DNA of 64,000 nucleotides, from positions 32,001 to 96,000 of the forward strand of contig CAXXFL010000001.1 in NCBI GenBank assembly GCA_963674965.2. The letters are read 5' to 3'. The first letter of the stretch is position 1. Every line of letters starts with the position of its first letter. The translations under genes and the position numbers were made by a program. Shown here in pieces: positions 1 through 10,476 of this stretch. The DNA comes from a bacterium. Its GTDB lineage: Bacteria > RBG-13-61-14 > DATKZS01. The notes under the pieces are model-generated. The model was not told the DNA's origin, ran no database searches, and saw only the letters and a program-made list of their open reading frames with translations.

Positions 1-107
1 TCCCCCAGCTCGACCACCTTAAGCCCCGACCAGGTATAAAAGGGCGACCCGTTCAAACGCCGCTTGATATCTTCCCCGTCCACGCGGTCCTCCAGCTCAA
101 CCGTCAT
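1..107 (-). CDS. PaaI/hotdog-fold thioesterase, N-terminal part (runs off window start)
   Basis: ATG at 107 with GGGAG upstream; hand translation MTVELEDRVDGEDIKRRLNGSPFYTWSGLKVVELG resembles the PaaI N-terminus (PF..w.G..vve.g). Confidence 0.55.
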   Translation of the reverse strand, partial: MTVELEDRVDGEDIKRRLNGSPFYTWSGLKVVELG

Positions 108-128
108 AACGTCTCCCGCCAGTCAAGA

Positions 129-2168
129 TCAGTCCGTCCGGCCCTTGCCTTGCAGATCGTATAACAACCTTTCCACCGCCTCGTCTCCGGGCGTCTTTTG
201 AAGCCAATCCATTAAGAACTCTCCGGCCTCTTCCTTCTTATCCTTTTCCACCAACCTCCGGGCGAAGGCCACGGCGTGGGAGCTTTGATAGGGGCGCGCC
301 TTGGCGGCCCGGGCCAGGTAGTCGTCGGCCTTTTCCGTCTTTCCCTCTCGCCCGTATAAGAGGGCCAGCTCGAACAACTCTTCCGAGTTGGCCCTGGTGC
401 ACCTCCCGGCGTGAAGCAGTACCTTCTCGGCCTCTTGAACCTGGCCGCGCCGGGCGAGCCAGCGGCCCAGTTGAAGGTTCAGGTCGGCGCCGTTGGGATA
501 GAGCTCGACGGCCTTTCTGAAAAGGGCCTCGGCCTGTTCGGGGTCGTCTCGAGACTTCAGGAAGGCCAGGTCCCGGTAGTAATAGGGGTACCTCGGATTG
601 AGCGAGACGGCCTTCTCGAGCGCCCGGACGGCTTGTTCCACCTCGGCGGGCGACCTTGCCGAGACGGCGACCGAACGGGCGACGAGGTCCCAGGTCTCCT
701 CGTCTCTCCCGTCCCATTTCGCGGCGGCCCGGGCCGCTTGTCCCGCCTCGGCCCACTTGCCCTCCCTGGCCAGGTTTCCCGCCTTGCTCTTCAATCTGGC
801 CGCCTGGAAACAATAGGCCTGGACAAGGGCCAGGGCCGCTAATAGGACCGCCGCCAGGATTAGTCCCGGTCCTCTCCTCTTATACTCGTCGTCCGTTTCG
901 CCCGGCCTGGCGGACAGCGCTCCCAGGCCCACCCAGAAAATGGTGGACGCCTCGGCCGTCTGAAAGGAATAGTCGATCATGGAGTGAGCGAGCGCGACCA
1001 TCCCGCCGGCCGCGATTCCGGAAAGGATTATCGCCTCCCGTTGCTCCTCCTTTCGGACGGACCTTATCGCTCCCATGATAAAGGACGCGGATATTACCAT
1101 TATGCCCGCCGCTCCAAGGGGACCGGTTTCGGCCAGGGTCTCGATAAAAAGATTGTGGGCGTGTTTGGCCTCGTTTCCCTCGACGCTCCGGTGCTTGAGG
1201 GCGGCCAGTCCGAACTTGCCACCCCCCGCGCCGGTCAGGGGAAACTCCCAGGCCGCCTTGAGGCCCGCCCGCCAGTTCTCCATCCTTTGAAAGGCCGGGT
1301 TGTTGGGGTCGTCCGTATCCAGGACGTGCCCGCCGCGCGCCAGCATAATAAGGACCGCCCCGGCCGCCATGGCCGAGACGAGGGAAGCGGCGAATATCTT
1401 GATTTTTTTCGCCGAGACCCCCAGCGGCCTCCCGATCAGGAAGAGCCAGGCGGCCATCCCCGTCCCCGCGGCCATCCATCCGCCCAAGGACCTTGCCAGC
1501 CATATGCCGGCGGCCAGAAAGAAAACGGACACGAGGGCCAACAGAGCGGCGGTCCTTTCCGGTCCCGGCCGTCCGAGTTTTCCCCTCGCCGCAACCAGTG
1601 CCGAAAGGCCGGCGGGCAGAAGTCCCCCCAGGCAGGCGGCCAGCATGTCCGGCGAAAAGGTCATGCCGAAGGCCCTTCCCTCGAGGAGGGTGTTTCTGGC
1701 GTACTCGGTAAGTTCACCTTGCTCGAGGGTAACGGCGAAGCCGCCCAGTTTTTGGCGGACGGCCCAGGCGGCGGACACGACCCCGGCCGCGACCATGGCC
1801 GTGAGGACCCAGCCGATCCTTCGTCTTCCCGCCGCGGCGACCAGGACGACGAGGACCGATCCTGACTCGAAAACCAACCACCGCAAGGACCCGAAGGGCG
1901 AGATGGAAAAGGGGACTGAAAGGACCGCGCCGGCCATGTACAACCCGAGTCCTATTAAGGCCAAGCGGCCAAGGGATCTTTTCGATAAGAGTCCTTGCCA
2001 AAGGGCGGCCAGCGCGAGGATGGCCAGGACCGCGTTGGTAAGGGGAGTAATCCAGGGGTATATCGAGCCGGAGACCAGTATCCTGGCGGCGAGGGTTACC
2101 GCGGCTGCGGCGGTCCAAAGGTCGCCGGGTTTTCTCGGGACCAAGTCTTGCGGTTCCCTCTCAAACAA
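129..2168 (-). CDS. O-antigen ligase-family (Wzy_C/WaaL/PglL-like) membrane protein with C-terminal TPRs
   Basis: Multiple TM helices; R..NW...GAGGGKF...HAHNLF periplasmic loop motif; TPR-like helices at C-terminus. Confidence 0.85.
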   Translation of the reverse strand: MFEREPQDLVPRKPGDLWTAAAAVTLAARILVSGSIYPWITPLTNAVLAILALAALWQGLLSKRSLGRLALIGLGLYMAGAVLSVPFSISPFGSLRWLVFESGSVLVVLVAAAGRRRIGWVLTAMVAAGVVSAAWAVRQKLGGFAVTLEQGELTEYARNTLLEGRAFGMTFSPDMLAACLGGLLPAGLSALVAARGKLGRPGPERTAALLALVSVFFLAAGIWLARSLGGWMAAGTGMAAWLFLIGRPLGVSAKKIKIFAASLVSAMAAGAVLIMLARGGHVLDTDDPNNPAFQRMENWRAGLKAAWEFPLTGAGGGKFGLAALKHRSVEGNEAKHAHNLFIETLAETGPLGAAGIMVISASFIMGAIRSVRKEEQREAIILSGIAAGGMVALAHSMIDYSFQTAEASTIFWVGLGALSARPGETDDEYKRRGPGLILAAVLLAALALVQAYCFQAARLKSKAGNLAREGKWAEAGQAARAAAKWDGRDEETWDLVARSVAVSARSPAEVEQAVRALEKAVSLNPRYPYYYRDLAFLKSRDDPEQAEALFRKAVELYPNGADLNLQLGRWLARRGQVQEAEKVLLHAGRCTRANSEELFELALLYGREGKTEKADDYLARAAKARPYQSSHAVAFARRLVEKDKKEEAGEFLMDWLQKTPGDEAVERLLYDLQGKGRTD

Positions 2169-2958
2169 AGTCCCGCCTTTGGAATACGATCATGGCGACG
2201 GCCAGGAAAACGGAAATGGTCAGCAGGCCGGTCAAGACGATTTTTGCCAGCAGTCCCAGGGGAAGGCTGACGTTATAGAGGGCGTACTCGATCTGCACGT
2301 AGTTGGTCAAGTTGGGCACGACGGCGTAAAGGACCTCGGCCCCGTGCCGGAAGAAGGGGTTGTCCGACTTGACGCTGAACTGGAGAATGCCCTCGGTGAG
2401 CCTTCCGATAATCACGAAACAAAGGGTAAAGATGGCCGAGAGGGTGGGAGTGCTGAAGGTCGAGAAGGCCATGGCCACAGAGGTGATGATGGCCAACTCG
2501 AGATAAATGAGCAAAATGGCCTGGAAAACGGGCCAGGTCAAAGTGGGACCGTCCCCCGGAAGATAGATCAGCACCCCGAAAAAGGCGACGGCCATGATGG
2601 CGACGTTAACGCCTATGGTTATCATGAGGCCCAAAAACCTTCCTATTATAAAGAAGCTTCGGGGCGCGGGCTTGGCGATGAGGGTGTAGATGGTTTTTCT
2701 CTCGATTTCCTTGCTCACGAGGCTGATGCCGAGGAAGACGGCCATGAGTATTCCGAAGACGGAGATGGAGGTCAGGCCGGCGTCGACGGTAATTCTTCTT
2801 TGCTCGGCGATGGTAAGCTCGCCCAGGACGATGGACAGCCCGATCATGATCACGGCGAAAACGAGCAGGTTGTAGAGGATTTTATCCCTTATGTTCTCGC
2901 GGAAGGTATTGAAGGCTATGGCCCATATCTTCATAAGCGCGGCGTTATTCATCGTCAA
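2161..2958 (-). CDS. ABC-2 type permease (PilI/XapC-D-like)
   Basis: IAFNTFRENIRDK, SKEIERKTIYTLIAKP..R, C-terminal FQRRDF; about 6 TM; coupled to ABC ATPase. Confidence 0.85.
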   Translation of the reverse strand: MTMNNAALMKIWAIAFNTFRENIRDKILYNLLVFAVIMIGLSIVLGELTIAEQRRITVDAGLTSISVFGILMAVFLGISLVSKEIERKTIYTLIAKPAPRSFFIIGRFLGLMITIGVNVAIMAVAFFGVLIYLPGDGPTLTWPVFQAILLIYLELAIITSVAMAFSTFSTPTLSAIFTLCFVIIGRLTEGILQFSVKSDNPFFRHGAEVLYAVVPNLTNYVQIEYALYNVSLPLGLLAKIVLTGLLTISVFLAVAMIVFQRRDFV

Positions 2959-3898
2959 TCTCTCTTAAGAAATAGGACTCGAGGGTTTCTCTTTTGGGTT
3001 GCAGCGAGACCAGCCTGGCCCCCTTTTGGGAGGCCAGGTTTTTGGCGCTCTCGGCGGCGTCCCAGTTGGGCGCGACCACCAGGGCCATCTCCCCCTTTAC
3101 GGTCACGCGGAAGTCCGGGTGTACTTCGGAGAGTTTTTCCATTTGCCGGAGGGCCTCGCCCTCGAGCCCGGTGAACTGGAGGTCGATCTTCTCCACCTCG
3201 GGCCGGAGGATGTCGGTGAGCTTTCCCGTGTCCCTTACCTTTCCCTTATGGATGACGCACACCCTGTCGCATATCTGCTCGACGTCGGGCAGGATGTGGG
3301 AGCTGAAGAACACGGTCTTGCCCTCTTCCTTGAGCCCGTAGATTATTTCTCGCATGTCCCTTCTTCCCACCGGGTCGAGGCCGGACATGGGCTCGTCCAG
3401 GATGACCAGGTCCGGGTCTCCGAGCAGGGCCTGGGCCATGCCTATCCTCTGGAGCATGCCCTTGGAGTACTTGCGAAGGGCCAGGCCCGCGGCGTCGGAA
3501 AGGCCTACCTTTTCCAAGAGCTCATCGGTCCTCTTTTTCCTTTCCGCCTTGTTTATCCCGTGGATGCGGGCGTAGAAATCCAGGAATTCCGCTCCCTTAA
3601 GATAATCGTAAAAATAGGGATGCTCGGGCAGAAAGCCGACTTTTTTCTTGACTTGCACGTTTCCGACCGGCTTTCCCAGCATGGCGGCCTCGCCCGCGCT
3701 GGGAAAGATGAGGCCGAGCAGTATCTTGATGGTCGTGGTCTTTCCCGCCCCGTTGGGTCCCAGGAAGCCCAGTATCTCATTTTGTTTGACTTCAAGGTCC
3801 ACGCCGCGAAGGGCCTCGACCCTTCTGCGGAAAAAACCAATGAAAAATATTTTCTTCAGGCCCTTAACGGATATTACGGGGCCATGATTTTCGTCCAT
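2945..3898 (-). CDS. ABC transporter ATP-binding protein (PilH/XapB-like)
   Basis: Walker A GPNGAGKTT, signature YSKGMLQR, Walker B ILDEP, SSH. Confidence 0.93.
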   Translation of the reverse strand: MDENHGPVISVKGLKKIFFIGFFRRRVEALRGVDLEVKQNEILGFLGPNGAGKTTTIKILLGLIFPSAGEAAMLGKPVGNVQVKKKVGFLPEHPYFYDYLKGAEFLDFYARIHGINKAERKKRTDELLEKVGLSDAAGLALRKYSKGMLQRIGMAQALLGDPDLVILDEPMSGLDPVGRRDMREIIYGLKEEGKTVFFSSHILPDVEQICDRVCVIHKGKVRDTGKLTDILRPEVEKIDLQFTGLEGEALRQMEKLSEVHPDFRVTVKGEMALVVAPNWDAAESAKNLASQKGARLVSLQPKRETLESYFLREIDDE

Positions 3899-3904
3899 CT
3901 GTCA

Positions 3905-4819
3905 CTAGCCTCCGTCTCTCGAGATTGTTCTGCTTTGCAAAGCCCGGAAGACCTTGTTCTCTATCTCCGGCTCGCTCCTTATATTGTCGGTCTCCGCGTC
4001 AAAGACAAACCGGTGATCGGCAAGAGGATGCGGCGGGACTTTAAATCCGGGCTGCACCTTAGCCAGGTCGGAAAGTCCCGAAATGGGGGAACCGAACTTA
4101 CTTTCATATTTCTCCCGGAGCGCGTTCATGTCCATTTCCATTTTTATGGCCGTAAGCTCGTCAATGCGGCGTCGGTAATAAGCCCTTTGCCTTTCGTCTT
4201 CCGTTTGGGCCATGGCGGCTTTCAGATAAGTAATGGCCACCTCTGGTTTGCCGCCCTCGCTCCTTATCCGGCCGGCCAGGGCGTGGTGAAATTTATGGCC
4301 GGTAAGCTTGGCGGCCTCTTCCATGTTATCGGCCGCCTTGTCGTGCTCGCCCAGCGCAAAATAATAACAGACGCCAAGGTAAAAGGGGATTTTCCAATAG
4401 TTCTGGCAGGTAAAGGGGCTTTCCTTTTTGCACTCTCTTTTGCCCTTCTCCAGTATCTGGACTATTTCCTCGGGTTCGCCTCCCTCCACCAGCAGGTTAA
4501 TGGCGGTGAAATAGTAGGCGATGGAAAAGTGCGGGTCCAGATCGGTGATAAAATCGGTCCGCTTGTAAAGGTTTACGGGTACTTTTTTCTCGTCCACGCA
4601 CCTGGAGAAGTACTGGATCGCCTCCATCCAGTACGAGTCGGCAACGATCCCCTGGAAACCCATGGAGGCCGCTTTGACCGCGTCCGACCGGGGCAGGACA
4701 AGCTCGTCGGGACGCTCCCGTTCCAACTCGACTTTGTCCTTGTCCACCAGCCTTTGGGAAAAGGCGGTTAATACCGCGAGAAGCGCGACAATGGATATGG
4801 ACGCCAGGGTGGATTTCAT
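3905..4819 (-). CDS. Exported TPR-like protein (PilG/XapA-like)
   Basis: N-terminal signal/TM; ADSYWMEAIQY, DLDPHF..AY, WKIPFYLG motifs; directly upstream of ABC ATPase and permease. Confidence 0.65.
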   Translation of the reverse strand: MKSTLASISIVALLAVLTAFSQRLVDKDKVELERERPDELVLPRSDAVKAASMGFQGIVADSYWMEAIQYFSRCVDEKKVPVNLYKRTDFITDLDPHFSIAYYFTAINLLVEGGEPEEIVQILEKGKRECKKESPFTCQNYWKIPFYLGVCYYFALGEHDKAADNMEEAAKLTGHKFHHALAGRIRSEGGKPEVAITYLKAAMAQTEDERQRAYYRRRIDELTAIKMEMDMNALREKYESKFGSPISGLSDLAKVQPGFKVPPHPLADHRFVFDAETDNIRSEPEIENKVFRALQSRTISRDGG

Positions 4820-4828
4820 TTCTTCATT

Positions 4829-4857
4829 AATTTATACAATCGAAAGGCGACTTTCAA
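4829..4857 (-). promoter_or_regulatory. Putative sigma70 promoter for the PilG/XapA-like gene
   Basis: Minus strand TTGAAA-N17-TAAATT in the AT-rich intergenic gap. Confidence 0.4.
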
Positions 4858-4882
4858 ATGGCCTTCCCTCGGGCCGCGACGA

Positions 4883-7800
4883 TTACTTAGGCCCGGCGTT
4901 TTCTTTTTCTAAAATTTTTCCGCTCGTCCCTTTTGAGGCCAGGTTTTTAAACTCGGCCTCGATGGCGGTTATATCGGTTTGATCGAGCCTGAACCGGTCT
5001 CTCCTGTAAGAGGACGGGATATCCCCTTTCCTTTTCTTCATCAGGTCGTCGACCTCTCTTTTTTTCTTCACGAATTCCATCCACGCCGCCATGGCCTCCT
5101 CTTTCCTCCCCGCCTCCAGGAGCGCCCGAGCCAGGTTCAAGGAGGAGGGAAGGTCGTAGGGCTCGACGGCAACGGCCTTTTTCCAAAGCTCAATCTCCCG
5201 GGCTTTATCGCCCCTGAACCTCGCCGCCATGGCCAGGCCCATAAGCGACCCTATATCGCTGGGGTTCATCTCGAGGGCCCGCTCGAAGGCGGCCTCGGCC
5301 AGTTGGGCCCCTTCCCTGGAATCGGCCAGCATGGCGCCGTCCAGCAATATCTGCCCCTTTTTCCTATAAGGTCCCGGGTCAGCCGGGTTCAATCTCGAGG
5401 CCTCCTCCTCGAGCTTCAGGGCCTTGCTGAGGAACCTCGGGTCGCGCGCTCCCTTGAACTTGGCGTAATAGGCCGAGGCCAGCTTCTGATAAGGTCCCGT
5501 GTTTCCGCTCGATTTCAAGATTGCGTCCGCCAGGAGAATCGAGGCCTTGTCGGGACTCCTCTCAGCCTGGGCCGCCATGTAAAGACCGTAGCCTTGGGCA
5601 AGATACAAGGAAAGGGATGAAATGACGAGAAAAGCCGCCGCAACGGCCAGGGCAACGATCCCGGCCGTCCATGGACCCGGCCGGATTTCCCGAAGACCCG
5701 GCCAGCCCCCGGCCCCCAGGCTCGAGGCCAGGCACCCGCAAACGACGGCCGTGAGCGCGGCGATGGATTGGTTTTGCAGGTTCGAGTCCACCAGGGCGTG
5801 CAGGCAAACGCCGAGGAGTCCCGCGGCCAGGGCCAGGGCCGTTCCTCCTCCCTCGGACGCCGCGCCGCGCCAGGCGGAGAATATCATGATGAAGGCCGGA
5901 ACCATAAGGCAAACCGCGGCAAGGGGACTCATCTCGGCCGCCAGGTGGATATACTCGTTGTGCGCGGTGGTGGGCGACTTCTCGAAACGGCCGCCCGGCA
6001 CTCCCTCCACGGGAAACTTGTGCTTGTAAGCGTAATACTTGAACATGCCCGGACCAACGCCGAGTGGATGGTCGCCGATTACTTTCAGCCCGGCGGCCCA
6101 GATGTTGACCCGCTCGAAGGCGTAGGGGTCCTTGCCGATTTTCCTGACCCTTTCCCGCAAGGGGTTGGGAGTCGCCGCCAGGAATACGAGGCCAAGCGCC
6201 GCGGCCGCCGCGGGAATGCCGATCGACAGGCGAAGGGCCTTGCCGCCGCTCGCTCCCCACGCGGTCGCGGCCTTCCGGATCATGGGAACGGCCACGAACA
6301 TTAAGGGGACCGCTAAAATAACCGCCGCCCTGCTTTGGGAAGATATTACTCCCGCGAGAAACAGGACAAAAAGCGCGCCCCAGCCCGCGAGTCCCCTCCA
6401 ACCGGCGGGTCCCGCGAGCAATGAAGCCAGGGAGCGGTACAGCGCGTAAGGGGCAAGTATCATGATGAAACCGGCCAGGTAATTGGGATTGAAGAACCCC
6501 CCCGTCGCCCTTGCGGCCGATGATTGGTCCTGGACGAGCGCCGAGGCGCATTGCAGGGCCCCGGCCGCGACCGCGATGAGCATGACGGCCCTGACCCTCG
6601 CCTCGGCCGCCTGCCGGCGGTCCATGGCCTGACCGCCTTCCTCGTCCCCGACCTGGGAGGTGAATTGCAAGATGAAGTAAAAAAGGAAAACGTAGGCGAT
6701 AATGTTAAGGCACCAGTAAAGGGAGATATAGTAATAATCGCTCATGGCGAAGCTGATGGAGGCGAGAAGCCAGAATCCCAGTATCCACTTGTCGAGTTTC
6801 GTGGCGTAAATGGTCTTTTGGCTTTGGCCGCCGATCCGGAAGGACCACGCCGCCGCGAGCAAAAGGACGATAACGCGCAGAGCGGTTACGGGAACATAGG
6901 TGGTCCCGCCCTCGATGAAGGGAAGGCCCACTAAAATGATCACCAATGAGCCATAGTAAAAGAACGGCCCGCGCTTCATGAGGACCCAGGCGATAAAAAG
7001 CCCCGTTGCCAGGCTGAGTATCAAGGCCGGATAGAAAAAAGAAGGCATGAAAACGAAATCCACCCTCGGCCCTTCCCTGTTGACCTCGACGGCCTTGAAG
7101 AATCCGTTCGCCCGGAGGATTTCCCTCTCCTTGCCGTTCACCTTGGCCTTCCATCCCGGATAATGAGAGTCCAGGAACACCAGGTAGCCTGGGTGATTGG
7201 GCTCGACCAGGAAGGTGGCCCGGCCGTTGGTCTCGATAAAGGGGGTTTGTCCAATGAACAGGCTGCCCACGTCCTTGGGTGGCTGGGCAGGAGGCTCCCC
7301 CTCCAGCAGGACCTCGGCCCGCGGGTCGAATGAGGGGTCGCGCATGGCCTCGATTACGGACTCGCGGTCGGGAAAAAAGCGGGCGCGAGGGACCACGTAG
7401 GCCAGGGGCAGGGCCCCGCCGGTCCGGACCGGTTCCTTGCCCTGGCTTACGATCCATTGGATACCGGAAAGGGAGGCCAGTTTCCTGCCCATCTCCGGCG
7501 ACTCGGAGGCCAATTTCAACCAAAGGTCCACGTCAAAAGGATAAAAGGAACTCCTGGACCCCGCGTCCCGGAGCCTCAGCTCGAGGCCCGTAAAGGGACG
7601 GAGCCAGTAGCGCCGGCTTTTGAAAAAATCCACCGGGTCCCGGCCGGGAACGAGCGAACGAAGCTTCGGGTCCTCGGGCAAAAGAGTCATGACCCGGGCG
7701 CGGGCGTCCCTTTTAAGAATCTCCTCCGCGGCGTTTTTCTCCAAATTGTAAAAGCTCTCCGGCTGGGTCGGATTGACGCGCTTATGGGCGGAATAAAGGT

Positions 7801-9304
7801 CGATGAAAACGAGAAGGAACAGGGCCGGGCATATCCTGGCCGCCATGCCGGCCCTGGTCCTTATCAGGGTCCAGGCAAAGAGGCAAAGGCCCGCGATGAA
7901 AATGGTCCTGCAGGCCGCGAGATAAAACAGGCGAGACCTTATCGCCTCGAGGCCAAGAGATATGATCCGGTCTGAAAGCCCCCGCGTGGACAGGAAAAGC
8001 GCGGCCGCGGCGAGGACCAGAGAGACAAAGGGGACCATCCTCTCCGAGGACCCGGACGCGGGTTTGCCTTCTGGCGATCCGGGGTCGGCGAAGGTCCTGG
8101 CCAGGGCGTCCACGCCCATGGCGGCCAGGTAGCAAAGGGGCAGGGCGAAGCCCATCATGAGGCGCTCGGGTATGCGGAAACGGTCGAAGCCCGGAACGAT
8201 CTTGTAGAAAATCCAATAAAGCCCCGCGTTCTCTCCCATGGCCAGGACCAGGAAAAGGACCATGGCCGCCGCCAGCATGAGCCATTCCTTTTTCCTCTTG
8301 CCCATGACGCCCGCCCCGGCGAGAAGGAGAGCGGCGAGCCCGGGATACAGGCTTAGAAGATAGGGAAGCGTGGGAGGACGAAGCCCCATTATCCAGAATG
8401 GATTGCCGCTCGGCTCGGAAATATAATTCGGTATGAGAAGGGTGGCCAGGGCCCTGGGATCGAGGGACCACCGGACGGCCTCGGAATACTCCAGCCCGCC
8501 CGCCCGGTTGGAAAGACCCGACAACTCGAGCGTCGGTACCCACTGGACCGCGCTGATAGCCAGGGCCAGGCCGAGGGACCCGCAAACGGCCCAGGCCGCC
8601 CTTTTGATTTTTCCTCGGGTCAGGCCTTGTCCGTCCTCCTGGAAAGGTCCGGCCAATAAAAAAAGCGGCGCCAGCGCGCCCGACAGAGCGGCTATCTGCG
8701 GCTCCCCTCCCAGGGCCTGCATGCCCCAGAAAAGACCGGACAGGCACAGGAAGCGAAGGTCCCCCGTCCGATAGAAACGCATGACGGCCCATAACAGCGG
8801 AGTTATCCAGGCGGCTGAATTAAGGACCACCACCTGGAGGCCGAGGGAGATAAAAAAGCCGCCATAGGCCCAGGCCAGGGAGCCGGCCAGGGAGGCCCCC
8901 CTCGAGAAACCCGAGCTCTTTAAAAACACGTAAGTCCCAAAAAGGGCCAGGGCGAAATGAGCGATGATGAAAAATGTCACCGTCCTGGCCGCCGATCCCA
9001 GGAGGAATATGAAGTTAAGGGGATAGAAGGCGAACCACTGGGGGTTGGCCGCCCCCGGAATGCCGTTGAAGCTATAGGGGTTCCAAAGCACGTCGAAGCC
9101 CGACTCGATTAAAAAGTGCCGCTTGGGCACGATCTCCACGCAGACGTCGCGGAAATAAAAGACCTGCCCTCCGAAGATGGCCTCCGCGAAAAAGAGGCAC
9201 AGGGTGAAAAGCATGAAACCCATGGCCAAAAGGTCGGCGCGGCCGACCTCGAACCCGAGGAAAGCGGACAATTTTTCACCGAAATTTCTCGTTGTCCTTT
9301 CCAT
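4883..9304 (-). CDS. YfhO-family (GT-C-like) membrane protein fused to O-antigen ligase domain and TPRs
   Basis: N-half LWNPYSFNG.P..A.PQ...FYP and VFLDSHYPGWKAKVNG..ILRAN..F.AV (YfhO); C-half GGFFNPNYLAG, ERVNIW, GVGPGMF, TAHNEY (ligase); TPR tail; start at ATG 9304 or GTG 9313. Confidence 0.82.
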   Translation of the reverse strand: MERTTRNFGEKLSAFLGFEVGRADLLAMGFMLFTLCLFFAEAIFGGQVFYFRDVCVEIVPKRHFLIESGFDVLWNPYSFNGIPGAANPQWFAFYPLNFIFLLGSAARTVTFFIIAHFALALFGTYVFLKSSGFSRGASLAGSLAWAYGGFFISLGLQVVVLNSAAWITPLLWAVMRFYRTGDLRFLCLSGLFWGMQALGGEPQIAALSGALAPLFLLAGPFQEDGQGLTRGKIKRAAWAVCGSLGLALAISAVQWVPTLELSGLSNRAGGLEYSEAVRWSLDPRALATLLIPNYISEPSGNPFWIMGLRPPTLPYLLSLYPGLAALLLAGAGVMGKRKKEWLMLAAAMVLFLVLAMGENAGLYWIFYKIVPGFDRFRIPERLMMGFALPLCYLAAMGVDALARTFADPGSPEGKPASGSSERMVPFVSLVLAAAALFLSTRGLSDRIISLGLEAIRSRLFYLAACRTIFIAGLCLFAWTLIRTRAGMAARICPALFLLVFIDLYSAHKRVNPTQPESFYNLEKNAAEEILKRDARARVMTLLPEDPKLRSLVPGRDPVDFFKSRRYWLRPFTGLELRLRDAGSRSSFYPFDVDLWLKLASESPEMGRKLASLSGIQWIVSQGKEPVRTGGALPLAYVVPRARFFPDRESVIEAMRDPSFDPRAEVLLEGEPPAQPPKDVGSLFIGQTPFIETNGRATFLVEPNHPGYLVFLDSHYPGWKAKVNGKEREILRANGFFKAVEVNREGPRVDFVFMPSFFYPALILSLATGLFIAWVLMKRGPFFYYGSLVIILVGLPFIEGGTTYVPVTALRVIVLLLAAAWSFRIGGQSQKTIYATKLDKWILGFWLLASISFAMSDYYYISLYWCLNIIAYVFLFYFILQFTSQVGDEEGGQAMDRRQAAEARVRAVMLIAVAAGALQCASALVQDQSSAARATGGFFNPNYLAGFIMILAPYALYRSLASLLAGPAGWRGLAGWGALFVLFLAGVISSQSRAAVILAVPLMFVAVPMIRKAATAWGASGGKALRLSIGIPAAAAALGLVFLAATPNPLRERVRKIGKDPYAFERVNIWAAGLKVIGDHPLGVGPGMFKYYAYKHKFPVEGVPGGRFEKSPTTAHNEYIHLAAEMSPLAAVCLMVPAFIMIFSAWRGAASEGGGTALALAAGLLGVCLHALVDSNLQNQSIAALTAVVCGCLASSLGAGGWPGLREIRPGPWTAGIVALAVAAAFLVISSLSLYLAQGYGLYMAAQAERSPDKASILLADAILKSSGNTGPYQKLASAYYAKFKGARDPRFLSKALKLEEEASRLNPADPGPYRKKGQILLDGAMLADSREGAQLAEAAFERALEMNPSDIGSLMGLAMAARFRGDKAREIELWKKAVAVEPYDLPSSLNLARALLEAGRKEEAMAAWMEFVKKKREVDDLMKKRKGDIPSSYRRDRFRLDQTDITAIEAEFKNLASKGTSGKILEKENAGPK

Positions 9305-9499
9305 GATAACCACGCGAAAGGTATTACAATATAATCATTTGGCTTTTCTCTCAAGTCCGGAGCGGACAAAAGCGGGAAGGAAGCCGAAAAGCAAGGCCCT
9401 CTTAAGGCCTAAGGGCATAGGCGGCCGAGAACGACAAGACCGGAGGATAAGCCGCCCCGATTTCGGCCGAAACCGCGCGCCGCCCGGGGCCGGCCCTGA

Positions 9500-9528
9500 T
9501 TGACACGAGTATCTCACTGTGTTAACTT
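9500..9528 (+). promoter_or_regulatory. Putative sigma70 promoter for che operon
   Basis: TTGACA-N17-TAACTT with extended -10 TG. Confidence 0.55.
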
Positions 9529-9630
9529 ACAAATTTGTTGGATCCGCTCGTTTTGGCCGCCTTTGGCGGCGGCCCCGGGTCCGGCGCGGTGAAGACTTGA
9601 ACTTGATTAATTCAGGCGCGAGGGATTGAG

Positions 9631-10476
9631 ATGAGCGCCCCCCTTATTGAAGACTATCCGCTGGAGGAATTGGCGGACAAGCTTTTCCGGGAGAGGGGGT
9701 TCGATCTTCACTCCTATAAACCCAGGCTTTTAAAGCGGAGGCTGACCGCCCGGTTGAGGCTCTGTTCCTGCGGCGGGGTCAAGGACTACCTTGATTTTCT
9801 GCGGTCCAACCCGGGCGAGGTGGACGAGCTTTTAAAGGCCCTCGATATCAACGTCAGCGGCTTTTTCCGTAACGCCGAGACGTTCGATTTCCTGGCCGAG
9901 CGGATACTGCCGGGCCTCATCCGACGGAACCGGGAGTCGGGAAGGGGTCTTTTCATGGTGAGCGCCGGGTGCGCCGACGGCGAGGAGCCCTACAGTATGG
10001 CCATGATATTGAAGGGCCGGTTCAGCCGGGACCTTCGCGGCATGGTGACTCGCTTGGTCGGAATGGACGTCTCCGGGGAATCGATCGAGAGGGCCAAAAA
10101 GGGCCTTTACAGAAACGACCGGCTGTCCGAGACGCCGGCGGAATACGTGAAGAAGTACTTTATCAAAAAGGGAAGCGACTTTGAGATATGCCCGGAGGTC
10201 CGCGAGATGGTGGAATTCGAGAGGCGAGACCTGCGGGAGGGCCTTCCTTTCTCGGGAGTGGACCTTTTACTGTGCCGGAACGTGCTGATCTATTTCCAGA
10301 AGGAAAGGCAGGACGCCCTGGTTAAAAGTTTTCTCGAGGGCCTTTACCCGGGCGGGTACCTGGTGCTGGGCAAGACGGAGAGTCTTATAGGAAACAAAAG
10401 AGAGGGTTTTAAGGTGGTCGACATATCTCAACACGTCTATTGCAAAGCGGGAGAAGAACCATGCGGATGGAGGTGA
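9631..10476 (+). CDS. cheR: Chemotaxis methyltransferase CheR
   Basis: [41 protein letters not shown]. Confidence 0.95.
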   Translation: MSAPLIEDYPLEELADKLFRERGFDLHSYKPRLLKRRLTARLRLCSCGGVKDYLDFLRSNPGEVDELLKALDINVSGFFRNAETFDFLAERILPGLIRRNRESGRGLFMVSAGCADGEEPYSMAMILKGRFSRDLRGMVTRLVGMDVSGESIERAKKGLYRNDRLSETPAEYVKKYFIKKGSDFEICPEVREMVEFERRDLREGLPFSGVDLLLCRNVLIYFQKERQDALVKSFLEGLYPGGYLVLGKTESLIGNKREGFKVVDISQHVYCKAGEEPCGWR

